Shown: positions 40,900-50,461 of the stretch, piece after piece | Position numbering within the stretch: position 1 is the first letter of the stretch | Layout of the letters: the number at the start of each line of letters is the position of its first letter | Assembly (NCBI GenBank): GCA_023418755.1 | Contig: JAEZZE010000314.1 | Coordinates: 1-63,381, forward strand | DNA from: Bacillota bacterium | GTDB taxonomy: Bacteria > Bacillota > Bacilli > Paenibacillales > Paenibacillaceae | Reading direction: 5' to 3' | DNA: 63,381 nucleotides | Program-made: the position numbers and the translations under genes | Notes under the pieces: generated by a model | Told to the model about the DNA's origin: nothing | Seen by the model: the letters and a program-made list of their open reading frames with translations, nothing else | Database searches by the model: none

Positions 40900-42036
40900 T
40901 CAGTTCTGCATCACGTAATCTTTGGCGGCCGCTTCGTTCTCGCCGTATACTTTCAGGATTTCGTACTTGGTGTTGCGCTGGGCGGGAATTTTGCCGCTCT
41001 CGCGAATGAGCTTAAGAATAAGTTCGATGTTGACCTTATGCGTCGTCCCCGCGGCGGACACGACGTTCTCTTCGATCATCGTGCTGCCGAAGTCGTTGCA
41101 TCCATACTGCAGCGACAGCTTGCCGATCTCCGGCCCCATCGTCACCCAGGACGATTGGAAGTTCTCGATGTTATCGAGCGCGATCCGGCTGATCGCCAGC
41201 GTCTTAAGATATTCTTCAGGCGTTGCCTTCTCGCGCTTCATGTTCGTATTGTCCGGCTGGAACGTCCAAGGGATGAAAGCGAGGAAGCCCGGCGAAGGAT
41301 ACCCGTTGTTCAGGCACTCGTCCTGGGCGTCGCGCACGCGCAGCAAATGCAGCGCCCGTTCCTCCATCGACTCTCCGAATCCGATGACCATCGTCGCCGT
41401 CGTGTTCATACCGACCTTGTGCGCGGTCGTCATCACTTCCATCCAGTCTTTCCAGGAGCCCTTCAAGCGGCTGATTTTCTTCCTCGTCCTATCGTCGAGA
41501 ATTTCCGCGCCGCCGCCCGGAAGCGAATCCAGACCCGCCTCGTGAAGCTGCCTGACGACGTCTTCGATCGGAATGTTGCCGGCGACGACCTGCATCTTGC
41601 GGATTTCCGCCGGAGAAAACGAGTGCATCGTAATGCCGGGGAACCGCTGCTTGATTCCGCGCAGCAAATCCAGGTAATAGCTGAAGGGCAAATCCGGATT
41701 CGTGCCGCCTTGCATCAATATTTCCGTGCCGCCAACGTCGATCGTCTCCTGGATTTTGCGGAAGATCGCGTCGTCCGGCAGCACGTACCCTTCCTTGGAG
41801 CCCGGAGCGCGATAGAAAGCGCAGAACCGGCAATACACGTCGCAGACGTTCGTATAATTGACGTTGCGGCCCACGACGAACGTCGTGATCGGCTCGGGAT
41901 GCTTGGCCAGCATAATCCGGTTGGCCGCATGCCCCATTTTTTCTATTTCATCGCTCTCGAACAAAGCCACGATCTCTTCCGCTTGAAGCCGTTTGCCCTG
42001 GAGAGCGCCTTCCAAAATTCGGTCCACCTGACTCAT
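40900..42036 (-). CDS. mqnC: Cyclic dehypoxanthinyl futalosine synthase (radical SAM)
   Basis: RNVNYTNVCDVYCRFCAF, LMQGG, PGGGAEIL, QSSWVT, EENVVSAAG. Confidence 0.92.
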   Translation of the reverse strand: MSQVDRILEGALQGKRLQAEEIVALFESDEIEKMGHAANRIMLAKHPEPITTFVVGRNVNYTNVCDVYCRFCAFYRAPGSKEGYVLPDDAIFRKIQETIDVGGTEILMQGGTNPDLPFSYYLDLLRGIKQRFPGITMHSFSPAEIRKMQVVAGNIPIEDVVRQLHEAGLDSLPGGGAEILDDRTRKKISRLKGSWKDWMEVMTTAHKVGMNTTATMVIGFGESMEERALHLLRVRDAQDECLNNGYPSPGFLAFIPWTFQPDNTNMKREKATPEEYLKTLAISRIALDNIENFQSSWVTMGPEIGKLSLQYGCNDFGSTMIEENVVSAAGTTHKVNIELILKLIRESGKIPAQRNTKYEILKVYGENEAAAKDYVMQN

Positions 42037-42116
42037 GCTCGGACCCTCCTCCTCGTTGGACTGCTGTCCTCTTCAAACCTTATCCCATCGTAACACAAAA
42101 ATACCGCGGGAGTCAC

Positions 42117-43484
42117 CTAAGAGGCGACGAGTCCGCGGCGATGCCGAATGCGATCCTTCGTTTCCTGGAACATCTCCCGTTCGTGCTCGTGGAGCAGCAC
42201 GTTGGGGCGGGCGAAATAGTAGCCTTGTCCCATATCGACCTCCAGTTTGAACAAGACGTCCGCCTCTTCCTCGCGTTCGACGCCTTCCGCGACGATATCG
42301 CAGTTCATCTCCCGCGCGGCGGATACGATCGCTTTCAACAGCGACTCCTTGATCGCGATCCGGTCTACGTGGCGAATGACCGAACGGTCGACCTTGATCA
42401 GCTCCGGCACCAGTTCCCCGATCCATTGCAGGCTCGAGTAGCCCGAGCCGGCGTCGTCCACGGCAAACCGGAAGCCATGCTCCCGGAAAGAGCGCAGGAT
42501 ATCGGACATCGCTTCGAAGTTCGTGATCTGGTGGCGTTCGGTGATTTCAAAATAGACCTGATGCGGGCTGAGAACCGAATGGCGTTCCAAGCATTCCAGC
42601 ACATGGGTCAGGAAGAGGGGATGCGACAGCGTCACCGCGGTCACGTTCAGGAAGATCGGCTCCTTGATGCTGCGGGAGGCAATCTCCTCCAATGCTCGGT
42701 TCACGACGAGAAATTCCAACCGGCCGAGGAGCCGGCTCTGGGAAGCGAAGTTGAACAGCTCGTCCGGCAGATGCAGCACGGTGCCTTCCGGTCCCCGCGT
42801 CAGAATCTCCCAGCCGAATACGTCGCCCGTCGTCAAATTCATGATCGGCTGGGCCAGTACGGTAATCGAGCCTTTCTCCAGAACGTTCTCCAGCTCGCTT
42901 CGCAGCCGGCGCATCTGCGGCGTCATCGTGCCCGTGGCCATCGCCAGCGCGGCCTGGTAGCCTTCCTGCAGCAGGGTCTCCCCCGAAACGGAAGAAGCGG
43001 AGAGGGGGACGGATGCGGTAACGACGGCCAGCGCGTTCCTCCATTCGGGGCGGTGACCCGCCAGACCGATTTCCAGGTCGGCGCCCACGCCGTCGAAGAG
43101 AGACTGCAGACCCGAAGGAACAAGGTTGTCATTCTCTTTGCCGAAACGGCTCTCGGTGAGCATAATAAAATCGATATCGGAATATTGGACGAGAGCGATC
43201 ACTTCGCTGTCCGCGAAACGACTTGTCGCGGAGATGCGAAGATGGCGGCGGGCGGCTTCCAGAAAGTCGTCCCAAGCTTCTCCGATTAGCTCCTGTTCGG
43301 ACGGCAAGCCGTCCAACCGGAACAACGTCAGATAACATTCCTTGCCTTGTCCGATTCTCTTATTTAACAAGGAGTCGATCGGACGGCGCAAGGTGAAATC
43401 CGGCGGATAGAACTTAAGCCAACGATCGGGCAGCAGCATTCTGCATACCAGGGAAAACCGGTCGATCACCGTCTGGATCTTCAA
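42117..43484 (-). CDS. EAL-domain c-di-GMP phosphodiesterase
   Basis: QPI, EIL.R, EITE, DDAGSGYSS, IKVDR, AEGVE, QGY; divergent N-terminus; start uncertain. Confidence 0.9.
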   Translation of the reverse strand: MKIQTVIDRFSLVCRMLLPDRWLKFYPPDFTLRRPIDSLLNKRIGQGKECYLTLFRLDGLPSEQELIGEAWDDFLEAARRHLRISATSRFADSEVIALVQYSDIDFIMLTESRFGKENDNLVPSGLQSLFDGVGADLEIGLAGHRPEWRNALAVVTASVPLSASSVSGETLLQEGYQAALAMATGTMTPQMRRLRSELENVLEKGSITVLAQPIMNLTTGDVFGWEILTRGPEGTVLHLPDELFNFASQSRLLGRLEFLVVNRALEEIASRSIKEPIFLNVTAVTLSHPLFLTHVLECLERHSVLSPHQVYFEITERHQITNFEAMSDILRSFREHGFRFAVDDAGSGYSSLQWIGELVPELIKVDRSVIRHVDRIAIKESLLKAIVSAAREMNCDIVAEGVEREEEADVLFKLEVDMGQGYYFARPNVLLHEHEREMFQETKDRIRHRRGLVAS

Positions 43485-43601
43485 GTCCCATCATCCTTGT
43501 CTTGGGTAGATTGGAAATATTGTAGCATGAAACCGGCGTCGTCCGGTAGAGGAAATGACCAAAAAACCGCAAGAATCGAAGGATTCCTGCGGTTTTCCCA
43601 T

Positions 43602-44789
43602 CTACTGCCGCGCCGCGTCCAGCCCGTTCGCCGCCGAGGCGAACTGATCCAAAGCCTGCATCAGCAAGGAGCGCGGACATGCCAGATTCACGCGCAAATA
43701 GCCTTCCCCTTGCTTGCCGAATACGGAGCCTTCGCTGAAAGCGACGCCCGCTTTCTCGAACATAAGGCGCTTCAGCTCTTGGGGCTTGTCGGAGATCGCC
43801 GTGCAATCCATCCAGACCATGTACGTTCCTTCCGGAGACATGGCCTTCGCCTGCGGCAGATGCTCCTTTACGTAAGCGAGCAGCGCATCCCGATTGCCTT
43901 CCAGATAGACGAGCAATTGGTCCAGCCATTCGTCTCCGTGCGTATAGCTCGCTTCGGTCGCGGTCAGACCGAAATAAGACTCCATGTGAATGGACAGCGT
44001 CTTGAGCGCCGCATTGTATTTCCGGCGGATGTCCGCGTTCGGAATGACGACCGCAGCCGTCTGCAGGCCGGCCAAATTAAACGTCTTGCTCGGCGCGATG
44101 CAAGTCATGGAGCTTTGCGCGCACGTCTCCGACAGCGAAGCGTACGGAGTGTGCTTGTGCCCGGAGAAAACAAGATCGTGATGAATTTCGTCCGCGACGA
44201 CGAGCACCCCGTGCTTCGCGCAGATTTCCGCGATCCGTTCGAGCTCCTCTCGCGTCCATACGCGACCGCCGGGATTATGGGGCGAACAGAGCAGCAGCAT
44301 TTTCGCTCCGCCGGCCGCCTGCTCCTCGAGCAGCCCGAAATCGATCTCGTATCGGCCGTCGCGCAAGAGAAGCGGATTGTCGACGATCTCCCGCCCGTTC
44401 ATCCGAATAACGTCGTAGAACGGATAGTAGACCGGGGATTGCACAATGATGCCGTCTCCCGGTTCCGTGAGCGTCTGCACGGCCAAGCTCAAGGCGGGCA
44501 CGACTCCGGGGCTGGAGGAAAGCCATTCCTGCTCGATTTCCCACCCGTGGCGCCGCGAGAGCCAGCCCGTTATCGCATCGTAATAGCTTTGCGTCCGTAC
44601 CGTGTATCCGTATATCCCTTGCTCCGCCCGGCTTTTGATCGCGTCGACGACTTCCTTCGGCGGCTCGAAGTCCATATCCGCCACCCACAAAGGCAAAATA
44701 TCGCCGCGCCCGAACAGCTTCTCGGACTGATCCCATTTGTACGAAGCCGTCCCCGTCCGGTCGATCCTCTTGTCGAAATCGTATTTCAT
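43602..44789 (-). CDS. patB: MalY/PatB family cystathionine beta-lyase
   Basis: LWVADMDF, CSPHNP, DEIH, SKTFN. Confidence 0.9.
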   Translation of the reverse strand: MKYDFDKRIDRTGTASYKWDQSEKLFGRGDILPLWVADMDFEPPKEVVDAIKSRAEQGIYGYTVRTQSYYDAITGWLSRRHGWEIEQEWLSSSPGVVPALSLAVQTLTEPGDGIIVQSPVYYPFYDVIRMNGREIVDNPLLLRDGRYEIDFGLLEEQAAGGAKMLLLCSPHNPGGRVWTREELERIAEICAKHGVLVVADEIHHDLVFSGHKHTPYASLSETCAQSSMTCIAPSKTFNLAGLQTAAVVIPNADIRRKYNAALKTLSIHMESYFGLTATEASYTHGDEWLDQLLVYLEGNRDALLAYVKEHLPQAKAMSPEGTYMVWMDCTAISDKPQELKRLMFEKAGVAFSEGSVFGKQGEGYLRVNLACPRSLLMQALDQFASAANGLDAARQ

Positions 44790-44811
44790 GCCTTGCTCCC
44801 TCCGATCCGTT

Positions 44812-45978
44812 CTACCCGTTGATTTCCCGTTCCGCGGCTTCGATCGCTTGCCGGAGATCTTCCAGAAGATCGTCCGCATGCTCGAGTCCGACGGAGAATC
44901 GCAGCAATCGATCGTCCACGCCGACCGCTTCGCGGATCTCTTCCGGAATGTCCGCATGCGTCTGCACGGCCGGATAGGTCATGAGGGACTCCGAACCTCC
45001 CAAGCTTTCCGCGAAGGCGATCAGCTTAATATGGCGCAAAATCGGCTCGATCGTGCGGGCATCTTTCATTCTGAAGGAAAAAATGCCCGTATTGCCGGAG
45101 GACTGGGCCTTCTGGATGCCGTGCCCCGGGTGATCAGGCAGCGCCGGATAATAGACCTCTTCCACGGCCGGGTGGCCCTTGAGCCATTCGGCGATTCGGG
45201 TCGCGCTCTCCTGATGGCGCTCCATCCGAAGAGCGAGCGTCTTCATGCCTCGCATGAGCAGCCAGGAATCCTGGGGGCCGAGCACCGCTCCGATCGAATT
45301 GTGCAGAAAGGCGACGTCGGCGGACAGCTTCTCGCCTTTCGTCACGATCAAGCCCGCCAGCACATCGTTATGCCCGCCCAAATATTTGCTTGCGCTATGA
45401 ACGACGATATCCGCGCCGAGTTCGATCGGCCGCTGGAAAAAGGGCGTCAGCAGCGTATTGTCCACGATCGTAAGCAGGCCGCTGCGCTTCGCCCATGAAG
45501 CCGTCTTCGCGATGTCCGTGATCATCATCAACGGATTCGTGGGCGTTTCGATCAGGATCGCTTTCGTGTTCGGCTTGCGGCGCGACTCCAGCGCGTCCAG
45601 ATCGTTCGTATCGATGTAGGTCGCCGTTACGCCGAATCGGGACATGACCTGCTCCAGCAAACGATACGTGCCTCCGTACAGATCGAGCGACACGAGCAAA
45701 TGGTCCCCCTGGTTGAACAAGGCGAAGACGATCTGCAGCGCGGCCATGCCCGAGCTCGTCGCGAATCCCGCGTCCCCGCTCTCCAGATCGGCCGCGGCCT
45801 CTTCCAGCACGGCGCGCGTCGGGCTTTTCGAACGGGAGTAATCGAAGCCGGTGCTCTGCCCTAACCGGGGATGGCGAAAGGCGGTGGATTGATAGATCGG
45901 AAAGCTTACCGCTCCGGTTTGGGGATCGTTTTGCGACCCGATTTGGGCCAGGCGACTTTCAATCTTCATATCGGTCAT
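44812..45978 (-). CDS. metI: Cystathionine gamma-synthase / O-acetylhomoserine thiolyase
   Basis: IYQSTAF, YSR, ETPTNP, HSASKYLGGHND, ESLGG. Confidence 0.85.
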   Translation of the reverse strand: MTDMKIESRLAQIGSQNDPQTGAVSFPIYQSTAFRHPRLGQSTGFDYSRSKSPTRAVLEEAAADLESGDAGFATSSGMAALQIVFALFNQGDHLLVSLDLYGGTYRLLEQVMSRFGVTATYIDTNDLDALESRRKPNTKAILIETPTNPLMMITDIAKTASWAKRSGLLTIVDNTLLTPFFQRPIELGADIVVHSASKYLGGHNDVLAGLIVTKGEKLSADVAFLHNSIGAVLGPQDSWLLMRGMKTLALRMERHQESATRIAEWLKGHPAVEEVYYPALPDHPGHGIQKAQSSGNTGIFSFRMKDARTIEPILRHIKLIAFAESLGGSESLMTYPAVQTHADIPEEIREAVGVDDRLLRFSVGLEHADDLLEDLRQAIEAAEREING

Positions 45979-45984
45979 TGCCTC

Positions 45985-46917
45985 CTAACGAATCATATGC
46001 GGCTTTGCTTTGCCGAGCTCGTACGGCGTAGCCTGATACACGTAGTAGTTCAGCCAGTTGGAAAACAACAAGTTGCCGTGCGCGCGCCAAGTGGACATCG
46101 GAAATTTCGCCGGATCGTCGTTCGGGAAATAGTTTTTCGGCACGTCGATTCTCAGTCCCTTGGCTTTGTCGCGGTCGTATTCCCACTTCAGCGATTGCGG
46201 ATCGTACTCGGAATGCCCGGTGACGAAAATTTGCTTCCCGTCCGTCGTCGCCGCGATATAGACGCCGGCTTCTTCCGATTCGGACAAGATTTCCAATCCC
46301 TGCGCGCTCGCCACGTCCTCCCTCAGCACCTCGGTGTGGCGGGATTGCGGAGCGTAGAACACCTCGTCGAAGCCCCGCAGGAGCGGCGTATTCGGCTTCG
46401 AGACCCCGTGGGCGAACACGCCGAACATTTTCTCGGACAGCGGGTGCTTCGGAATGCCGAAGTGGTGGTACAGCCCCGCCTGCGCCCCCCAGCAAATATG
46501 GAAGGTGGACGTCACGTTGTCGACCGTCCAATCCATAATGTCCTTCAGCTCTTCCCAGTAATCGACTTCCTCGAACGGAAGATGCTCGACGGGGGCGCCG
46601 GTAATTATAAATCCGTCGTACTTCTCGCCGTTGATATCGTCGAACGTTTTATAGAAGCTGGCCAAATGATCGGCGGACGTGTTTTTGGACGTATGCGTCT
46701 TCGGGTGCAGCAGCACCGCCTCCAATTGCAGCGGCGTGTTTCCGATCAAGCGAAGCAATTGGGTCTCCGTCGTTTCTTTCGTCGGCATCAAATTCAAGAT
46801 CGCAATCCGCAGCGGGCGAATATCCTGATGGTAAGCGACGCTTTCGTCCATGACGAAAATGTTTTCTCGCGCCAGCACTTCCTTGGCTGGCAAGTTGTCC
46901 GGTACTTTAATCGGCAT
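45985..46917 (-). CDS. metA: Homoserine O-acyltransferase (acetyl-type predicted)
   Basis: QDIRPL, LNLMP, ICWGAQA, TGHSEY; TGAPVE has Glu at the specificity position, typical of acetyltransferases. Confidence 0.95.
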   Translation of the reverse strand: MPIKVPDNLPAKEVLARENIFVMDESVAYHQDIRPLRIAILNLMPTKETTETQLLRLIGNTPLQLEAVLLHPKTHTSKNTSADHLASFYKTFDDINGEKYDGFIITGAPVEHLPFEEVDYWEELKDIMDWTVDNVTSTFHICWGAQAGLYHHFGIPKHPLSEKMFGVFAHGVSKPNTPLLRGFDEVFYAPQSRHTEVLREDVASAQGLEILSESEEAGVYIAATTDGKQIFVTGHSEYDPQSLKWEYDRDKAKGLRIDVPKNYFPNDDPAKFPMSTWRAHGNLLFSNWLNYYVYQATPYELGKAKPHMIR

Positions 46918-47004
46918 GTTCATTCCTCCTTTGAAACGACGCCAAATAAAAAACGACCCCAAAATGAGTTCAGGGTCGAGTAACCATCAATCGTACGCGC
47001 GCCC

Positions 47005-47118
47005 CTCTCATCTATCAGAAACGATACCGTTTCCGCAAGAATTAGCACCGTGCGTCCAATAACGACGCCGGTTGCCGGGCTTCATAGGGCTAGTCCCTCC
47101 GCCTGCTCTTGATAAGAT
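47005..47118 (-). ncRNA. SAM-I riboswitch (S-box)
   Basis: Minus strand CTTATCAAGAG-CAGGCGGAGGGACTAGCCCTATGAAGCCCGGCAACC...GGTGCTAATTC...AGATGAGAG upstream of metA. Confidence 0.96.
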
Positions 47119-47307
47119 GGCCATCTTTATTCGGTTGTCTTGAAAACTACCCTTAATGTACCCGAAATCGCGAAGACAGTCAAGGGATCCTTAACTTGCC
47201 CGTCCTTCGCGCGCCGCGCTTGATTTTCTCCTTGAAACGTTCGGGGGGTGAGGATTATACTTATCACGTTAACTGCAATTATCGACAAAGTCCATCGGAC
47301 TGCAAAA

Positions 47308-47489
47308 GGGGGGAGCCGGACATGGAAGGCGATAAACCGAAGCCGGATGGAGACCACATACGCAAGGCAGGAACGACTTCCGTCGCCAGTAAGCTTGCGG
47401 TGTCCGGCTTCTTCGGCCAGGGCTTCGATTAAGTTCCGGCGGAAATCGTCCTGCATGAACGGAAAAGGACATGCGAAGGAGCGATTTCC
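47308..47489 (+). promoter_or_regulatory. Structured corA leader with mutually exclusive helices and a 36-codon uORF (47322-47432)
   Basis: 47308-47322 pairs with 47401-47414; 47367-47385 pairs with 47437-47454; 47441-47457 pairs with 47470-47489, covering the AAGGAG RBS. Confidence 0.7.
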
Positions 47490-48425
47490 ATGAAAATCAG
47501 ACTCGTTAACAACGGCGTATTTACGCCTGTCGAGAAAATCGAAGATACTTTGCAACCGCCCAAGAACGGATTTTACTGGATCGACGCGGACGTGGACGAT
47601 CTGGTCGTTCTTCAGCCTCTATTCGGGCTCCACGACCTTGCCGTCGAGGATTGCCTCACGGAAGAGGAGCAGCGTCCGAAGCTCGAGATTTACGAAAACC
47701 AATATTTCCTCGTCATCAACAGCATCCGGTTCGACGACGAAGAAATCTTCCTGCGCGCGCTGAACCTGTTTCTAGGCCGCCATTACCTGATCACGGTCAC
47801 CCGCCAGAAGATCAACGAGATCCGCAGCGTCAAGCCGATTCTATGGGAGCAGGAGGTCGATTCCGCCGACCGCTTCCTGTACCATCTCGTCGACCTCGTC
47901 GTCGACAACTACATTACGGTAGGCGACAGAATCGAAGCCCGGATCGAACGGCTCGAAGAAGCGATTCTCATGCATACGAAGAAATCCCACTTGACCGAGA
48001 TCATCGGACTCCGAAGCGAGATTCTATGGCTGAAAAAGGCGCTCGGTCCCCAGCGCGACCTCATCGCCACGCTTAACAAGAAGGACCTGCGCCTGATCGA
48101 CAACGACTTGCAAAAATATTTCGGCGACATCCATGAGAACGCGGTCAAAATCTACGAGACGTTCGAGACATACCGCGACCTGATGGGCAACTTGCGCGAA
48201 GCTTACCAGTCCAGCCTGGCGAGCCGGGCGAACGAAATCATGCGCGTATTCACCGCTCTTACGACGATTTTCATGCCCTTGACGTTCATAACCGGAATTT
48301 ACGGAATGAACTTCGATTATATTCCGGGCATGCACTTCGCTTACGGCTCTGTCGTTCTAATCGTTTGTATGGTCGCCATCGCCGGCGGCATGTTCTACCT
48401 GTTCCGCAAGAAGGATTGGCTGTGA
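47490..48425 (+). CDS. corA: Magnesium/cobalt transporter CorA
   Basis: QRPKLE; NEIMRVFT...FMPLTFITGIYGMNF signature; two C-terminal TM helices. Confidence 0.96.
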   Translation: MKIRLVNNGVFTPVEKIEDTLQPPKNGFYWIDADVDDLVVLQPLFGLHDLAVEDCLTEEEQRPKLEIYENQYFLVINSIRFDDEEIFLRALNLFLGRHYLITVTRQKINEIRSVKPILWEQEVDSADRFLYHLVDLVVDNYITVGDRIEARIERLEEAILMHTKKSHLTEIIGLRSEILWLKKALGPQRDLIATLNKKDLRLIDNDLQKYFGDIHENAVKIYETFETYRDLMGNLREAYQSSLASRANEIMRVFTALTTIFMPLTFITGIYGMNFDYIPGMHFAYGSVVLIVCMVAIAGGMFYLFRKKDWL

Positions 48426-48437
48426 GGGCGCGAACCG

Positions 48438-48469
48438 GAGCAGCCCCCCGCAAGCCGGGGGGCTGCTTC
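48438..48469. terminator. Hairpin terminator between convergent corA and HRDC genes
   Basis: AGCAGCCCCCCG-CAAGC-CGGGGGGCTGCT. Confidence 0.75.
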
Positions 48470-48483
48470 CGCTGCGTTCGCCG

Positions 48484-49488
48484 TCAGACGGCCTGACCGG
48501 TTTGGCCGGCCGACCGGCGACGCCGAATGCGCATCATGCGCAGCTTCGCGTATTTCGTCTCCGCCTCGTCGGCTGAGACCGACTCCCCGTATATCTTGCG
48601 AAGAAGCGGCTTCAAGTATTGATCTCCGAGCTCGCTGATCGCCGCTTCGAACTGCAGCGCTTCCTCGGCGCTCAGCTCGCCGAGCTCCCGATCCACGATT
48701 GGCAGCACGTCATAGCCTTCCTCGTCCAGACGCTCGATCCGTTCGATCAGCGCGCGCCGCGAACAGCTCAGGTCGCCCTCCAACTGCTCAAGCGTCTTGC
48801 CGCTGCGAATGCCTTCCAGCAGAGAACGCTTCTCCTTGACGACCGCCAGCTTCTTCCCGTACTTCTCCTCCTGAAGCCGGAACATCCAGGCCGACAGTTG
48901 TTCCGCTGTCACCGCCCCGGAAACCCACTCGCCGAGCGGAAACGTATGCTGTCTCTCCATGCCCTGCAGCAACGCGACGATCTCTCCGCCGTATCGCTCG
49001 GTCTTGACCTTTCCGAAGCCCGGAATCTGCCCCAGCTCGTCCAGCGTATGAGGCAGAAAGACGGCCAGCAGTTGCAATTCCCGGTTCGTCGCGATCAAAT
49101 AAGCCGATTTCTTCTCTTCGATCGCCTTCGCTCTCCTCCAAGTCCGAAGCGCGGATACGGCTTCTTCGGCTTCGCGAATGTCCGCGTAGCACTGCAGCAG
49201 CTGCGGCATGGCTTGACGGCGTTCCCAGAACGGCACTTCCTCCAACATGCCGTCCAGAAGGGGCCTGAAGCCTTCCTTCATCTTGACGGCCACCCCATGA
49301 CGGAATGCCGCCAGCAGCTCCTCCCAGCTCATGCCCTCGTACCATAGATCCTGCACTTCCGACGCGTCGGCTTGCAGCCCCCGCCAGCCGACGCTCCAGA
49401 TCCCTTGCAGTTCGCCGATGAACACTTGCGCGCGCTCGTCCGCATGCCCCGTCACCCGTTCGAATTGATTCAGAAACACGACTTGCAT
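48484..49488 (-). CDS. HRDC domain-containing protein
   Basis: LRTWRR..A.E...AYLIA.N..L...P.TLDEL.QIPGFG..K..RYG; GGAGG RBS. Confidence 0.88.
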   Translation of the reverse strand: MQVVFLNQFERVTGHADERAQVFIGELQGIWSVGWRGLQADASEVQDLWYEGMSWEELLAAFRHGVAVKMKEGFRPLLDGMLEEVPFWERRQAMPQLLQCYADIREAEEAVSALRTWRRAKAIEEKKSAYLIATNRELQLLAVFLPHTLDELGQIPGFGKVKTERYGGEIVALLQGMERQHTFPLGEWVSGAVTAEQLSAWMFRLQEEKYGKKLAVVKEKRSLLEGIRSGKTLEQLEGDLSCSRRALIERIERLDEEGYDVLPIVDRELGELSAEEALQFEAAISELGDQYLKPLLRKIYGESVSADEAETKYAKLRMMRIRRRRSAGQTGQAV

Positions 49489-49716
49489 CCCGATTCCTCC
49501 TTGGCCGCATCCAGCGGCTTTATGGTATGCGTTCAAACCGCAACGCCGGTTCGGGTCAACGGCAAAAAGCACCCCTCGCCGGTTGGCGATGAGGTGCTTC
49601 CTCAATCGTGCGAACATTGAACAGTTTTAGATTATCAAAATAATCCCGGTTAGGCAAGACCTCCGCGATCAATTATAATAAGGGCAATAGCCGACCCCAA
49701 GGAGGACTTGTCTCTC

Positions 49717-50013
49717 ATGGTTTTGAAAGATTACGATTTTCTGTCCGATTCGACGGAGCAGACGTCGACCCGGTTCGTTACGTTCATTACCCCTGGCCTT
49801 AAGCGCTTCGATCTCGCCATCCTGACGACGAACCGCTTTTACGGCAAAAAATTGGTCACCGACATGATGTTCGGGCGAAGCGCCATCCTCGGGCCCGACG
49901 ACCTGGAAGAGAAGGGCGTGCTTGAAGCGGCGTTCCGCATTACCGAGGAGGAAGCCGCGGAGCTCGCCCAATTTCTGACGCTCGTGCTGGGGGCCGTCAA
50001 CTTTACCGACTAA
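49717..50013 (+). CDS. DUF3055-like protein
   Basis: RFVTF..RFDLAI..NRFYGKKLV..AILGPDDLEE. Confidence 0.75.
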   Translation: MVLKDYDFLSDSTEQTSTRFVTFITPGLKRFDLAILTTNRFYGKKLVTDMMFGRSAILGPDDLEEKGVLEAAFRITEEEAAELAQFLTLVLGAVNFTD

Positions 50014-50072
50014 CGGAAGCGCGATTCGGACATTCTAACGGAATCATCCCTAGAAGAGGAGGAGGTTCCGCC

Positions 50073-50348
50073 ATGTCCCCGTTCCGTTCCGAGAAGAAGC
50101 AGCCGACGACCGATCTGGCGACGGTAGAATCGCAGCGCAACGACCTCATTCCCGAGGAATTTCCCGAAGGGCCTTACGGCTCCCCCGCTCCGATGCACGC
50201 TGTCGGCAAGAGCACGCCGTGGCGCGACGACCAGCGCCCGCCCAATCCGTACTCTTACGAGAATCGCGAGTTCCACGCCGGACTGGAACGCGGTTATCCC
50301 GGGGAAGTCGAAGCCGAGGACGGGATCGTCGAGGAAGATTATCCTTAG
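50073..50348 (+). CDS. Conserved small cytosolic hypothetical protein
   Basis: Strong RBS GGAGGAGG; QRN.L.PEEFPEGPYGSP..KSTPW pattern. Confidence 0.75.
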   Translation: MSPFRSEKKQPTTDLATVESQRNDLIPEEFPEGPYGSPAPMHAVGKSTPWRDDQRPPNPYSYENREFHAGLERGYPGEVEAEDGIVEEDYP

Positions 50349-50461
50349 ATCACCCGGCCCGGACGGCAGAACGGCGTTGTACGGCAGGCCGGAGCCTGAG
50401 CTCGCTGGCTTGCTTCGGTCAGCCTTTCCGGGCCTGGTTCTTCAAGCACCGCATCCGCTCG

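Noticed and set aside
47300..47489. M-box or yybP-ykoY riboswitch upstream of corA
   Set aside because: I could not find their conserved sequence blocks; kept as an unassigned switch pending an Rfam scan.
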